IMG/VR virus record: IMGVR_UViG_3300024331_000007
Span: 64,001 to 128,000 of that record
Strand: one strand, 5' to 3'
From: a virus
Lineage: Duplodnaviria; Caudoviricetes
DNA length: 64,000 nucleotides
Position numbers and translations under genes: made by a program. Below the pieces are notes generated by a model. The model was not told the origin of the DNA. It saw only the letters and a list, made by a program, of their open reading frames with translations, and made no database searches. The stretch's first letter is position 1; each line of letters opens with the position of its first letter. Of the stretch, positions 46,008 to 54,880 are shown piece by piece.

Positions 46008-47348
46008 TCATAGTTGTTCAGCTTCTTGCGTTTCCATATCAAGAACCCCAGCATCGTTCTTTTTGGTTTCGTCTTCAAGGAATTTGAAATTCTTGAGTTT
46101 GAAGGAATCACATTCGTCCAGACGATCAATACGTACCACAACACCCTCCGCTGGAACTTCTTTGTTGTTGAACGGACACATCTGATCGTAGACGTAACGA
46201 GTCTCCAGTTTGTTCATAAACTCATCCCGCCATCTCGCAAGGCCATCTTCGCCCCATGACGATACATTTGGTGCCCAACCTAAAAATAGAGAAACGGGTC
46301 CATAGAACAATTCATGCATCATTTGAAGCCCGTATTTATTGCAAAATTCTCTCACTTGTGGAACAGAAAGTTCAAGTGTTTTTCCGTCCACATTTGTAGT
46401 CTTAACACGATAAACGATAAACTTGTGTTCGCCCTTGGCACAACCATAATGATATGGGCGTCCACCAGATGCAGCTTGAATCGCTCCCCCGTCTGGTTTG
46501 TAACCAACAATCTCTCCATAGACAGTGTAGCTTGCTGGAATCTTGTCTTCAATCTCCTTCGCAACAACACCCCAAACATCTTCGCCAAACTTTCCTCCCA
46601 CGCTTTTAACAACCTTGCGTGAACTATACGCGAACTTGTATGTTGCCTCTTCGAGATGCGCTCCGCATTTCTTCATCAACTTTGAAATCCAGCACAGGTT
46701 TCTGTTGACAAGTAGCTTTCCGTAAATGGCAGAAGTTCCATGCCACTTATCGCTGATGCTTACATAGTCAGTTGGTTGAATTTTATGGATATTCTTACGA
46801 AGATTGTCAGTATCAAAATGAAATTTGAATTGTCCATCTACGATACTGTTCTTCAAAGAAAGCGCCTTGGAATTAACATTGCCACTAGAAGAACCACTCT
46901 TCCCAACAATATACTTTTGACAAATATCATGTCCGTCTATCTTATCAAAGGCATCTCCTACCTTCAGTGGAATGCTTCGTCCGTCATTGTGACCAAATAC
47001 ATATTCCAAGCTGCTCAAAGGAATCCAGAACCCCTCGCTCTTAACCCTGAGAAACTTTGCACACTTTATTCTGCGATGCGTTTCTAAATATCCAGTTTTT
47101 GATGAATCTATGTTACCCATTTCGGCACGACGATATAGATTGTTTGCAGACACAAACTCATGACTGAGTTGGGTTTCAACTGGAAAGAAAAGGCCGAGTT
47201 CTCCAGATTGAGCATCTTTATGGACAATTACGTTATTGCCAAAAATGATAGCAGACTTGATACGATCTGCTTTCGGAATCTGGACAAATTCTTTAAGTGA
47301 CACAATTGTAGCACAGTAATTTTTGTTTTTTGGTTCTTCAAGATTCAT
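46008..47348 (-). CDS. ATP-dependent RNA ligase (Rnl2 / DRB0094-like)
   Basis: DKWHGTS (motif I), YGEIVG (III), FIVY (IIIa), EGVVV (IV), KLKN (V). Confidence 0.85.
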   Translation of the reverse strand: MNLEEPKNKNYCATIVSLKEFVQIPKADRIKSAIIFGNNVIVHKDAQSGELGLFFPVETQLSHEFVSANNLYRRAEMGNIDSSKTGYLETHRRIKCAKFLRVKSEGFWIPLSSLEYVFGHNDGRSIPLKVGDAFDKIDGHDICQKYIVGKSGSSSGNVNSKALSLKNSIVDGQFKFHFDTDNLRKNIHKIQPTDYVSISDKWHGTSAIYGKLLVNRNLCWISKLMKKCGAHLEEATYKFAYSSRKVVKSVGGKFGEDVWGVVAKEIEDKIPASYTVYGEIVGYKPDGGAIQAASGGRPYHYGCAKGEHKFIVYRVKTTNVDGKTLELSVPQVREFCNKYGLQMMHELFYGPVSLFLGWAPNVSSWGEDGLARWRDEFMNKLETRYVYDQMCPFNNKEVPAEGVVVRIDRLDECDSFKLKNFKFLEDETKKNDAGVLDMETQEAEQL

Positions 47349-47404
47349 GCGACACCTTTTCTGTAATTGTAGCAAATTTCCGAATGATTTGCAATAGGTT
47401 TAGG

Positions 47405-47476
47405 ATAAATACAAATGCGATTCGCGGTGCTGAAACACCCAATCGCTCTATCAAGGTCTTGGAGGACCGACAGCAT
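47405..47476 (+). promoter_or_regulatory. Late promoter plus structured leader, copy 3
   Basis: ATAAATA CAAAT GCGATT CGC GGTG CTGAAA CACC C AATCGC TCTA TCAA GGTC TTGGAG GACC GA CAGC AT ATG. Confidence 0.75.
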
Positions 47477-48085
47477 ATGGCTATTTACCTAGAACAAGAT
47501 TCAGAATTTATTCCTACTTGGTTATATGTAAAGCAACATAATCAAACTGGATTAAAATATTTCGGTCAAACCAAATCAGACAACCCATATACTTACAAAG
47601 GTTCAGGAAAATATTGGCTACGGCATCTATCGGTGCATGGAAATGATATATCCACAATTTGGTGTTATCGTTTCACCAACAAACAAAATTTGGTTGATTT
47701 TGCCACTAGATTCTCAACACAAAATAATATTGAAAAGTCTAAAGAGTGGGCAAATCTAATGAACGAAAATGGTCTTGGTGGGTTTTCTAGTGCATCAAAA
47801 CAAAAGGCACTGTCACCAAAAAGTAGAGCAAAGGCTGTTAAAACTAGATTGACCAAATTGAAATGTGGGAAGATTTATCTCAACACCGCACAATACATTC
47901 TAATCGATCCTGTGGGTAATAAAACTGTTTTGGTTGGAAGATCAAACTTAAATAAATGGTGCAACGATAGGGGATTCACGAGAGGCGTTGTCGAATGGAT
48001 ACTTTTAACTCAGAAGCCAACATCTCGTGGTAAATTGAAAGGTTGGACAATTACCTGTCGCTCGGCCCGTTGTGACTGGATTTGA
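47477..48085 (+). CDS. GIY-YIG (Seg-like) endonuclease (start revised to MAIYLE)
   Basis: WLYVKQH...KYFGQT...YKGSGKYW...ANLMNENG. Confidence 0.8.
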   Translation: MAIYLEQDSEFIPTWLYVKQHNQTGLKYFGQTKSDNPYTYKGSGKYWLRHLSVHGNDISTIWCYRFTNKQNLVDFATRFSTQNNIEKSKEWANLMNENGLGGFSSASKQKALSPKSRAKAVKTRLTKLKCGKIYLNTAQYILIDPVGNKTVLVGRSNLNKWCNDRGFTRGVVEWILLTQKPTSRGKLKGWTITCRSARCDWI

Positions 48086-48137
48086 GATACGGTAAAGTCG
48101 CTAAATACAACGTATCATCATTCTATATGGGTATGCA

Positions 48138-48596
48138 ATGAATATTAGAGAAATCAAAAATATAGCATCTCGATCAGCCATTGTAATCAAAGGTGATCCC
48201 GAAGATATTGAAGAAAATGATAATGCTGATGCGTTTTACAATGACATAAGAGATTTTTTGCAAGAACTCAATTTTTCAGTAAGTTTTGATGCTGGTTTGG
48301 AACACACATCACCAAAAACCGCCGATCTTTGGATCGGTCACAGTCGAGGAGCAGATCGTCTTAGATTTGCCTCTCCCGGTATTTGTTTGATTGGTCTAAA
48401 CACGCCCCAAGCCGCCGAAGGAGATGATTTTCCGATCATCAACAATGTTCGTGATCCTCTATCTCATATGAAATATGTAAATGGAAAGCTGGAAGATACG
48501 GAATCGGAGAAATTGAATGACCGATGGCACTATCTTTTTACAAATGTAATGAAAAAGAGATTAAAAGAAATTTTGATTCAACGAGAATTACTTTGA
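48138..48596 (+). CDS. Hypothetical late protein
   Basis: CTAAATA at 48101; MNIREI start; GHSRG nucleophile-elbow-like motif. Confidence 0.55.
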   Translation: MNIREIKNIASRSAIVIKGDPEDIEENDNADAFYNDIRDFLQELNFSVSFDAGLEHTSPKTADLWIGHSRGADRLRFASPGICLIGLNTPQAAEGDDFPIINNVRDPLSHMKYVNGKLEDTESEKLNDRWHYLFTNVMKKRLKEILIQRELL

Positions 48597-48851
48597 TTTG
48601 TATGCCTCTGAAAATCTTCGAAAGCAAAAACTCTGTTTCCCCCACCTTGTTTGAATACAAGGATTTCCTTTTATTTCTCCGCAAGTAGGACAATTTACCA
48701 GCAATGGATCAGCCTTAAATTCTTCATCTGTTGGAGTCCAGTTCATATGATGGTCTGGAAATGTATCAAAATGTCCTTGTTGTACTTCTGAAAAACAAGT
48801 CGGACACCACTCGCCGCTTTTTCTAAATTCTTCTTCGGAATTATATATCAT
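48588..48851 (-). CDS. Small zinc-finger protein
   Basis: CPTC...CPTC...C...C. Confidence 0.55.
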   Translation of the reverse strand: MIYNSEEEFRKSGEWCPTCFSEVQQGHFDTFPDHHMNWTPTDEEFKADPLLVNCPTCGEIKGNPCIQTRWGKQSFCFRRFSEAYKSK

Positions 48852-49013
48852 GGTCAACTCTCTTCTGTTCACATAAACAACATTCTTTAGAACGATCATA
48901 GCACGAACAATGGTATCCCATATCACTCTTTGGGCATGTTTTGTGAACGCTGTATTCCGCCGATAGTTCTTCGTCGCCCATAAAATCAGCGAGTTGTGAT
49001 TCTTTCAGTGACA

Positions 49014-49889
49014 TTAGAAATTATCGCATTCTCCTCTCACTGGAATAACTTTGACTCCATTTTTTCTCCAACAATCACGGATGACAATTGGACGGTCATC
49101 AATAGCCAAAAAAATCTGTTCTTTTGGCATCTTAGCAAGTATATCAGATTTCACATTTACATCTGGACGGCTGTCGCTACCGCGTCTCATGAACAAATAA
49201 TCATATGGTATGGCATATTTATCCAGCCAAGAAATTGTCAAAGTTTGGTAAGTATCTGGACGACCGGAAACTATACATATAGTATAATCCTTTGCTAATT
49301 CCTTTACCCATTGTATCACAAAGTCGATTGGAGAATCGTCCCCCATTGCCAAAAAATATGCATACCAATTTTTCTTTTCGCTTTGTAAGAAATGTTCACG
49401 ATGAGTTCCATCGCAAAGAGTGCCATCCAAATCACAAATAACGATTGGCTTGTTTCCAAAATTTATCATGCCAGCATTCAAAGCCATTCCATGAATAACC
49501 GCCTTGCCGATTGGCTTTGGGCGCTTTGAGTCGCGATCAACACACGTTGCAAGATCAGTCTTCGTATCTTCAATTTCAAACTGAACACAACTATTGATAT
49601 TAATACCGACATTGTTTGAAAATTGTCTCCACATATCCTCGTGCTTTTGAGTCAGATTTGTGTCGTCAATGACCGGTGTTAGTTTGTTTCTGAGAAGAAC
49701 TTCTGCAATAGCTCTCTCGATTTGTACAATTATCTCTTCGCGCTTGCCTGACCAAACATTGTCAAACACCATCGCACGTAGATCGTCACGATTGATACGT
49801 CCAGCGTTTCCACTGTCCTTTACGAATTGCTTTGCGAAGGTGCTCTTTCCGCTTCCCGGCAAGCCCTTCATCATTTTTACTTTTGGCAT
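49014..49889 (-). CDS. pseT: Polynucleotide 5'-kinase / 3'-phosphatase
   Basis: GLPGSGKST, RINRDDLR, DLDGTL HAD motif, IDDR. Confidence 0.9.
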   Translation of the reverse strand: MPKVKMMKGLPGSGKSTFAKQFVKDSGNAGRINRDDLRAMVFDNVWSGKREEIIVQIERAIAEVLLRNKLTPVIDDTNLTQKHEDMWRQFSNNVGININSCVQFEIEDTKTDLATCVDRDSKRPKPIGKAVIHGMALNAGMINFGNKPIVICDLDGTLCDGTHREHFLQSEKKNWYAYFLAMGDDSPIDFVIQWVKELAKDYTICIVSGRPDTYQTLTISWLDKYAIPYDYLFMRRGSDSRPDVNVKSDILAKMPKEQIFLAIDDRPIVIRDCWRKNGVKVIPVRGECDNF

Positions 49890-50056
49890 TTATTTTCCGT
49901 ACCTTTTTGCTGCTTTCCAAGCAGCCAGTTCTGTTTTTCCAGTTCCAATGTCCTGACCATCCCTACCCGGAAAATCACATATTCTAAATGTTCCGTCCAT
50001 CTCATAACAATACGAGCATGGAAGAATCTTTTTTACCTTTTGCTTATATGACAGTT

Positions 50057-50362
50057 TCACTTTTGCTGGGCCTTGATTACAAGTTTCGCAACCGATACTG
50101 CCAGAGATGCAAAAAGATTTTCGTCTCCTGCCCCCTCACGGACCCTAACTCGAAATTCAGGAGGAATCATTTCAAGGATTCCAATGAGTTCCTTTTTAGT
50201 TTCGCTTTCCTGTCCGTCTTTTACGGCTTCAATCGACGCTGTCTTTGGTTTATCCTTGCAAGAATCGCAAATTTCATACTGGACAGTTTTGTTTGGGTCA
50301 GGACAACGACATTGTGTGATGGTCGTTCCGCACTCGCTACATTTGGTAATGAAGTGGCTCAT
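50057..50362 (-). CDS. Small protein with N-terminal zinc motif
   Basis: CSECG...QCRC...CDSC. Confidence 0.55.
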   Translation of the reverse strand: MSHFITKCSECGTTITQCRCPDPNKTVQYEICDSCKDKPKTASIEAVKDGQESETKKELIGILEMIPPEFRVRVREGAGDENLFASLAVSVAKLVIKAQQK

Positions 50363-50369
50363 AAAACTC

Positions 50370-51503
50370 CTACTCAATAATGTGTGGGATGAACTGACTT
50401 GTATTGCCAGTCACTAGTGAAGCATCCTCACGAATGCCCATGCCAGCGGATTCTCCGTCAACAACCCAACTACCAATCACAGGATACCGATTGTCAAACT
50501 TCGGAAGAGAAGCCAAGCCTTGATAAACAAATGGCGCATCATAGTCACCTTCCGTTTCCGTTGTAGTAATTCCGTGCTCCACAACCTTGATGTTTGCTCC
50601 CTCTCGTGAAATGAAAGGCTTGCGAACATATGATAGATTGTGTCCAACAAAATAGTTCTCGTCAAAATATGCGGGTAACAAGAGTTCATCATTTGGGTAC
50701 ATTTCCCACAGTACCGCAAGCAATGCCTTGTTTGACCACATCATCTTCCACGCGGGTTCGATGAACGCACAGGCAGAGTTTGGAATGAACTTACCAAATT
50801 CGTCCTGAATCAGATTCTCCCACGGATAGAGTTTGAACAATGTACGAATTTGTTCATTGTCCAGATCAACCAAATCTCCAGTATTGGCATCATGCCCAAT
50901 GTCAGGAATTGCAATTGTTCGTACATCTACTCCAGCCTGTCTCGCAGTTTCCGCAAGATACGCGATTGTCATACCGTCTTCGCGATTCTCCAGTGCTGCA
51001 AAATGAATTGGTGTTTCCTGAATGTATTCGTTAATGTCTTTCCACTTTGCAACAAGCCTTTCATGCAAAGAGTTGAACTGGTCATTGTTTGCAAAACGAT
51101 CCTGTAGCCAATACCACTGAATAACAGAAGCCTCCAGCAAACTTGTCGGGGTATCAGCATTGTATTCCAACAGCTTAATGTTTGTTCCATCATAGGCCAA
51201 ATCAAATCGACCATATATTGCTGGTGGCTCAGTTTCCCATGTATGACGAATCAAACTTTCAGCTAACGGTCCAATACCCATCTTCGAAAATAGATTATTG
51301 TCGATAATGTATTGGCCTGCTGCGAGGCACATTTCCTGTAAACGATTGGTTGCGTTTTCCAGACGAGTTATTTCAGGCATGGAGAAAGAGTAATAGGCGC
51401 TCTCATTCCAATAAATTCCATCGTCAGTTGTGTGATAAAGCAAACCTTGTGACTCAACCGTTGATTCCCAATTGCTACGTGGAGAAATACTAATCCTCTT
51501 CAT
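50370..51503 (-). CDS. Glutathionylspermidine-synthase-like ATP-grasp ligase (YgiC/YjfC family)
   Basis: GRFDLAY, LLEYNADTPTSLLE, SNKALL, KPFISREG, GMGIRED. Confidence 0.9.
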   Translation of the reverse strand: MKRISISPRSNWESTVESQGLLYHTTDDGIYWNESAYYSFSMPEITRLENATNRLQEMCLAAGQYIIDNNLFSKMGIGPLAESLIRHTWETEPPAIYGRFDLAYDGTNIKLLEYNADTPTSLLEASVIQWYWLQDRFANNDQFNSLHERLVAKWKDINEYIQETPIHFAALENREDGMTIAYLAETARQAGVDVRTIAIPDIGHDANTGDLVDLDNEQIRTLFKLYPWENLIQDEFGKFIPNSACAFIEPAWKMMWSNKALLAVLWEMYPNDELLLPAYFDENYFVGHNLSYVRKPFISREGANIKVVEHGITTTETEGDYDAPFVYQGLASLPKFDNRYPVIGSWVVDGESAGMGIREDASLVTGNTSQFIPHIIE

Positions 51504-51653
51504 CCGTGTCCTCAATCTCTCTTAGATGTTCACACAGTCCCAATTCACGAAACATTATGCGCGAATAGTTGTTTGGCAAATCAATTGCTTCGCCTTTTCG
51601 CAATTTATCGTAGTCTTCCAAGGTAATTACTGCAATATCACCTGCTTGTCGCA

Positions 51654-52082
51654 TTATTCGCCGCCACTACTGCTGTGACCACCGCTGAACGAACTGCCAA
51701 ATCCGCCCCTTGAAACCGAAGAATACGAACGTGCGCTGCCATATGAACGGATCGTGCTGCCTGTGGACGAATATGGTGAAACGTATATCACAGAAGGACT
51801 CACTGGACGGTATCCGCCGCCATACACATAACCGGGACGACTATTGAATGTTCCGCCGAAAACGTAGTGATAGATTAAAATGTCGCGGAGCAAATGATCG
51901 TCATTTGGATTTTGGCCATTGGCCGTCTGTGGCTGGGCCTGACAAAATCGGTCATCAACAATTTGGTTGTTCTTGTCAACGCAAGATTTTACGTCTTGCT
52001 GCTTATCATCGTCACATCCAATCATGGACGCGGCGGCTGCTAGGGCGAGAGCGCCCAAAATAACTGACTTTGATTTCTTCAT
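51654..52082 (-). CDS. YgiB/YjfM (DUF1190)-like lipoprotein
   Basis: Lipobox MIG-C, two Cys, ends SRGGFG...; adjacent to YgiC-like gene. Confidence 0.7.
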   Translation of the reverse strand: MKKSKSVILGALALAAAASMIGCDDDKQQDVKSCVDKNNQIVDDRFCQAQPQTANGQNPNDDHLLRDILIYHYVFGGTFNSRPGYVYGGGYRPVSPSVIYVSPYSSTGSTIRSYGSARSYSSVSRGGFGSSFSGGHSSSGGE

Positions 52083-52278
52083 TTTATTTCCTTTGCTTGA
52101 GTTTAACTATGTGAGGAATAATTATATTTTCTACCCAATCAGTAACCCATTTGGGGTCTGGTAATTCCATTATGTTACGACAACATCTATCGCACATAAA
52201 AAGTTTAGTATCTATATGTTGATGGGTTTTCTCTCTACCGCACAAAATACAAGATTCGTCAAAAGGTGTCATATATAA

Positions 52279-52608
52279 CTATCTTACTAGATTTTGAGTC
52301 AGAAGTCCACCAAGAAAATGTAAAAGTTTGGTATACATTCCGCCTGCGTACAACCAAAATACAAGTCCAATGAAAAAGATAATGACTGACATTTTAAGTG
52401 GCATTGCAAATTTTGGTGTCTCTTGAGGATATAGAGGCATGTTAACTCGTTTCGTAAAGAAAAATAGTATGAAACCAATCAACAGAAGTAGGATTGAAAA
52501 TATTTGATCCTCAGTCCGTACTGGAGTGTAACTCTCCAGTATCAGGCCAAGGATCATGAAAAAAGATGCTGCGAGAAATGTTGGAATATGAATTGTATGT
52601 TTCATCAC
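52279..52608 (-). CDS. Small multi-pass membrane protein
   Basis: Three hydrophobic segments. Confidence 0.6.
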   Translation of the reverse strand: MMKHTIHIPTFLAASFFMILGLILESYTPVRTEDQIFSILLLLIGFILFFFTKRVNMPLYPQETPKFAMPLKMSVIIFFIGLVFWLYAGGMYTKLLHFLGGLLTQNLVR

Positions 52609-52635
52609 ATTTCTCGCAGGTTATGAAAGTTTGGT

Positions 52636-54024
52636 TTAGAAGTCCGATCCACCGCCGCTGTCAAAGCTGCTGCTGGAATCGTCACTGAAACTGCTGGAAT
52701 CGTCTTGGAAACTAGCCTGTGAATCGTTACTATCCTGATAGTTGCTCGAATCGTCTTGGAAACTAGCCTGTGAATCATCACGAGATGGTTCCGAATACGA
52801 AGGTGATGTATATGCTGGTTCACGATATACTGGTTCAGAATAAGATGGTCGAGACAACGCTTCTCCAAGAAGAACACCAGTCAGCAAGCCGCTTGAATCA
52901 TCGTGATAATGGTCTTCGTGGATAATGGTTGTGGAACCCTGTTGTACTGGAGTCGAACTGTAGGACGGGGTTGGAGCATAGTTCGGCTCACGGAACGAAG
53001 GAGTTTCAACTTCGGGCGCGGACTCTTCAGCAACAGAACCATATGAAGCATTCTTTGCTGCCTTTTTACGAGCCTTCTTCGTAGCTGAATCGCCCTCAGT
53101 TGAGATTCCCTTGAGTTCACGGAGAATGCTGTTGTACTGAGATGAAATATTCTCGTAAGCTTCTTTGCTCAGCGTGTTGTCAGATGGATCATATTGCAGA
53201 GAACCACTTAGATTTGCAAACTCAGAAGCAAGTCCGTCCAATTCAGCCTGTGACGCGGATACCTTCACACCCAAAGCAGCCTTCTCTCTGAGAGCATCGG
53301 TTAGACGCGCAAGCAAGCTAGTGACAGCATTCCGAGCGGAAATTGCATCAAGCTGGGCAAGTTTATTTGCCCTATGGATGCGACCATAATAGATAACCAG
53401 CCAAACAATTCCGCCAATGAACACAAGACCAAGTAACAGTTTCAAAAATGTGAAAAATCCAGACAAATCTGTCGGTTTCGAGTTCTTGATAATGACAGTT
53501 TGCGACCCACTTTTTTGGGCAGGCAAAGATGCAGTCTGCACGGCAGAAATTCTCTGTGTTGCCTGACGGATGCCGTTCGCAAGACCTAAACCAAAATTAC
53601 CAGAAGCAAGAAATGGACCAACTGAGTTTTTCTTAATCTCTGCCCTAACATTAAAGTTCAGAGATGTATTCTGATAATTTGGGCCGGGATAAATCCCAAT
53701 AAGGTGCTTGGGCGTCATTGAAACCATGAAAACAAGAATGTTGCCCTTAAGTCCACCCGCCCGATTTTGCCACGAATTGCAGGACTTTTGCATACGACTA
53801 AGGAAGTTTTCTTGAGTATCGTTTGCAGAAAGGTTGTAGGTGATAACATGCGCGTCAACTGACTCGCGTTCAAGTGCTGGCAAAGCTGTCTGAATCTGAT
53901 TAATATCAGACGGACTAAGAATCTTTGCAGCATCAACGACTGACGCATTGCAATCTACCGTCTGTGCCAACATTGGCACAGACGATAGGGCAATAAGAGC
54001 AACAAGCGAAAAAATCTTCTTCAT
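52636..54024 (-). CDS. TPM domain membrane protein
   Basis: Signal peptide; VVDAAKILS...ILVFMVS...IGIY...FGLGLANGI; TM helix; Ser/Asp/Gly-rich tail. Confidence 0.75.
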   Translation of the reverse strand: MKKIFSLVALIALSSVPMLAQTVDCNASVVDAAKILSPSDINQIQTALPALERESVDAHVITYNLSANDTQENFLSRMQKSCNSWQNRAGGLKGNILVFMVSMTPKHLIGIYPGPNYQNTSLNFNVRAEIKKNSVGPFLASGNFGLGLANGIRQATQRISAVQTASLPAQKSGSQTVIIKNSKPTDLSGFFTFLKLLLGLVFIGGIVWLVIYYGRIHRANKLAQLDAISARNAVTSLLARLTDALREKAALGVKVSASQAELDGLASEFANLSGSLQYDPSDNTLSKEAYENISSQYNSILRELKGISTEGDSATKKARKKAAKNASYGSVAEESAPEVETPSFREPNYAPTPSYSSTPVQQGSTTIIHEDHYHDDSSGLLTGVLLGEALSRPSYSEPVYREPAYTSPSYSEPSRDDSQASFQDDSSNYQDSNDSQASFQDDSSSFSDDSSSSFDSGGGSDF

Positions 54025-54062
54025 AAGTTTCAAAACTCTCTTTCTTGAGGTTTGGTTAGAGG

Positions 54063-54725
54063 TTACTTGATGGATGCCAACAGAGCATCAACGTCAGCGC
54101 TGTTTGTCTCTTCCTGTGCTGGCAGAGTTGAAACTGCTGAATCAAACTTCGCGCTGGCAACATCGTTACGTGCTTGCATGCGCTGAGTAATGTTGTCGAT
54201 TGAATGCGTGTCGGCTGTGTTCAACATCGAACCCATCGAAGAGATAGCATGTGCCGCTGCTTCCTTAGACTTGCTATCACGATCAAGGCGCTCAAGTTCG
54301 TGAACACGAAGAACAAGTTGATCGTGCTGATTTTCAAGACGCTGCTTGATGTTTTGCATCTGTGCAACAGTCTGAGACTGTGAAGCAATCTGGCTGTCGT
54401 AAGAGGTTGATTGTGAAATTTCAGTGAGAACAAGCGATGCCTTCGAACGAGCCAGATCAGCCGCATTTGCATCGGTACTCTGCTTCAAGCGAGAGATGGT
54501 TGCCTTGTCGGTTTCAATCTTCGCATCGAGTTCGGCCTTTTCCCGCTTCATTGTGCGAAGTGCGCCGTCCTGTACTGCAACGTCTGTTGCATAGTGAGTC
54601 AATTCCGCTTCAATGTCGCGAACCTGTTGGCGAACGGCTGAAGGGGAGTTAAGGTCAATAACCTTGTCGAGAAGATCATTGATGTTGCCGCGAACTGTGA
54701 GACTTGCCTTTGAGAAGATACTCAT
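54063..54725 (-). CDS. pspA: PspA/IM30 family protein
   Basis: MSIFSK...VRGNINDLLDK N-terminal amphipathic helix, long coiled coil, ends VDALLASIK. Confidence 0.75.
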   Translation of the reverse strand: MSIFSKASLTVRGNINDLLDKVIDLNSPSAVRQQVRDIEAELTHYATDVAVQDGALRTMKREKAELDAKIETDKATISRLKQSTDANAADLARSKASLVLTEISQSTSYDSQIASQSQTVAQMQNIKQRLENQHDQLVLRVHELERLDRDSKSKEAAAHAISSMGSMLNTADTHSIDNITQRMQARNDVASAKFDSAVSTLPAQEETNSADVDALLASIK

Positions 54726-54880
54726 ATGTTTTGTTTCCTTTTCCTTAGAATTTGGTTATGCCATTACTGGCGATTCTTGTTCTGTAGGTGAATCACAATG
54801 TTGCCAACAATTCCAATAATTGCCAGCACAGCTATGATACCCAATAATGCCTTATCTGTAGGATTCATAATGATCCTTTC

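Noticed and set aside
52680-52785. Direct repeat GAATCGTCTTGGAAACTAGCCTGTGAATC
   Set aside because: Internal duplication in the low-complexity tail (DSQASFQDDSS twice) of the TPM protein; no sign of independent function.
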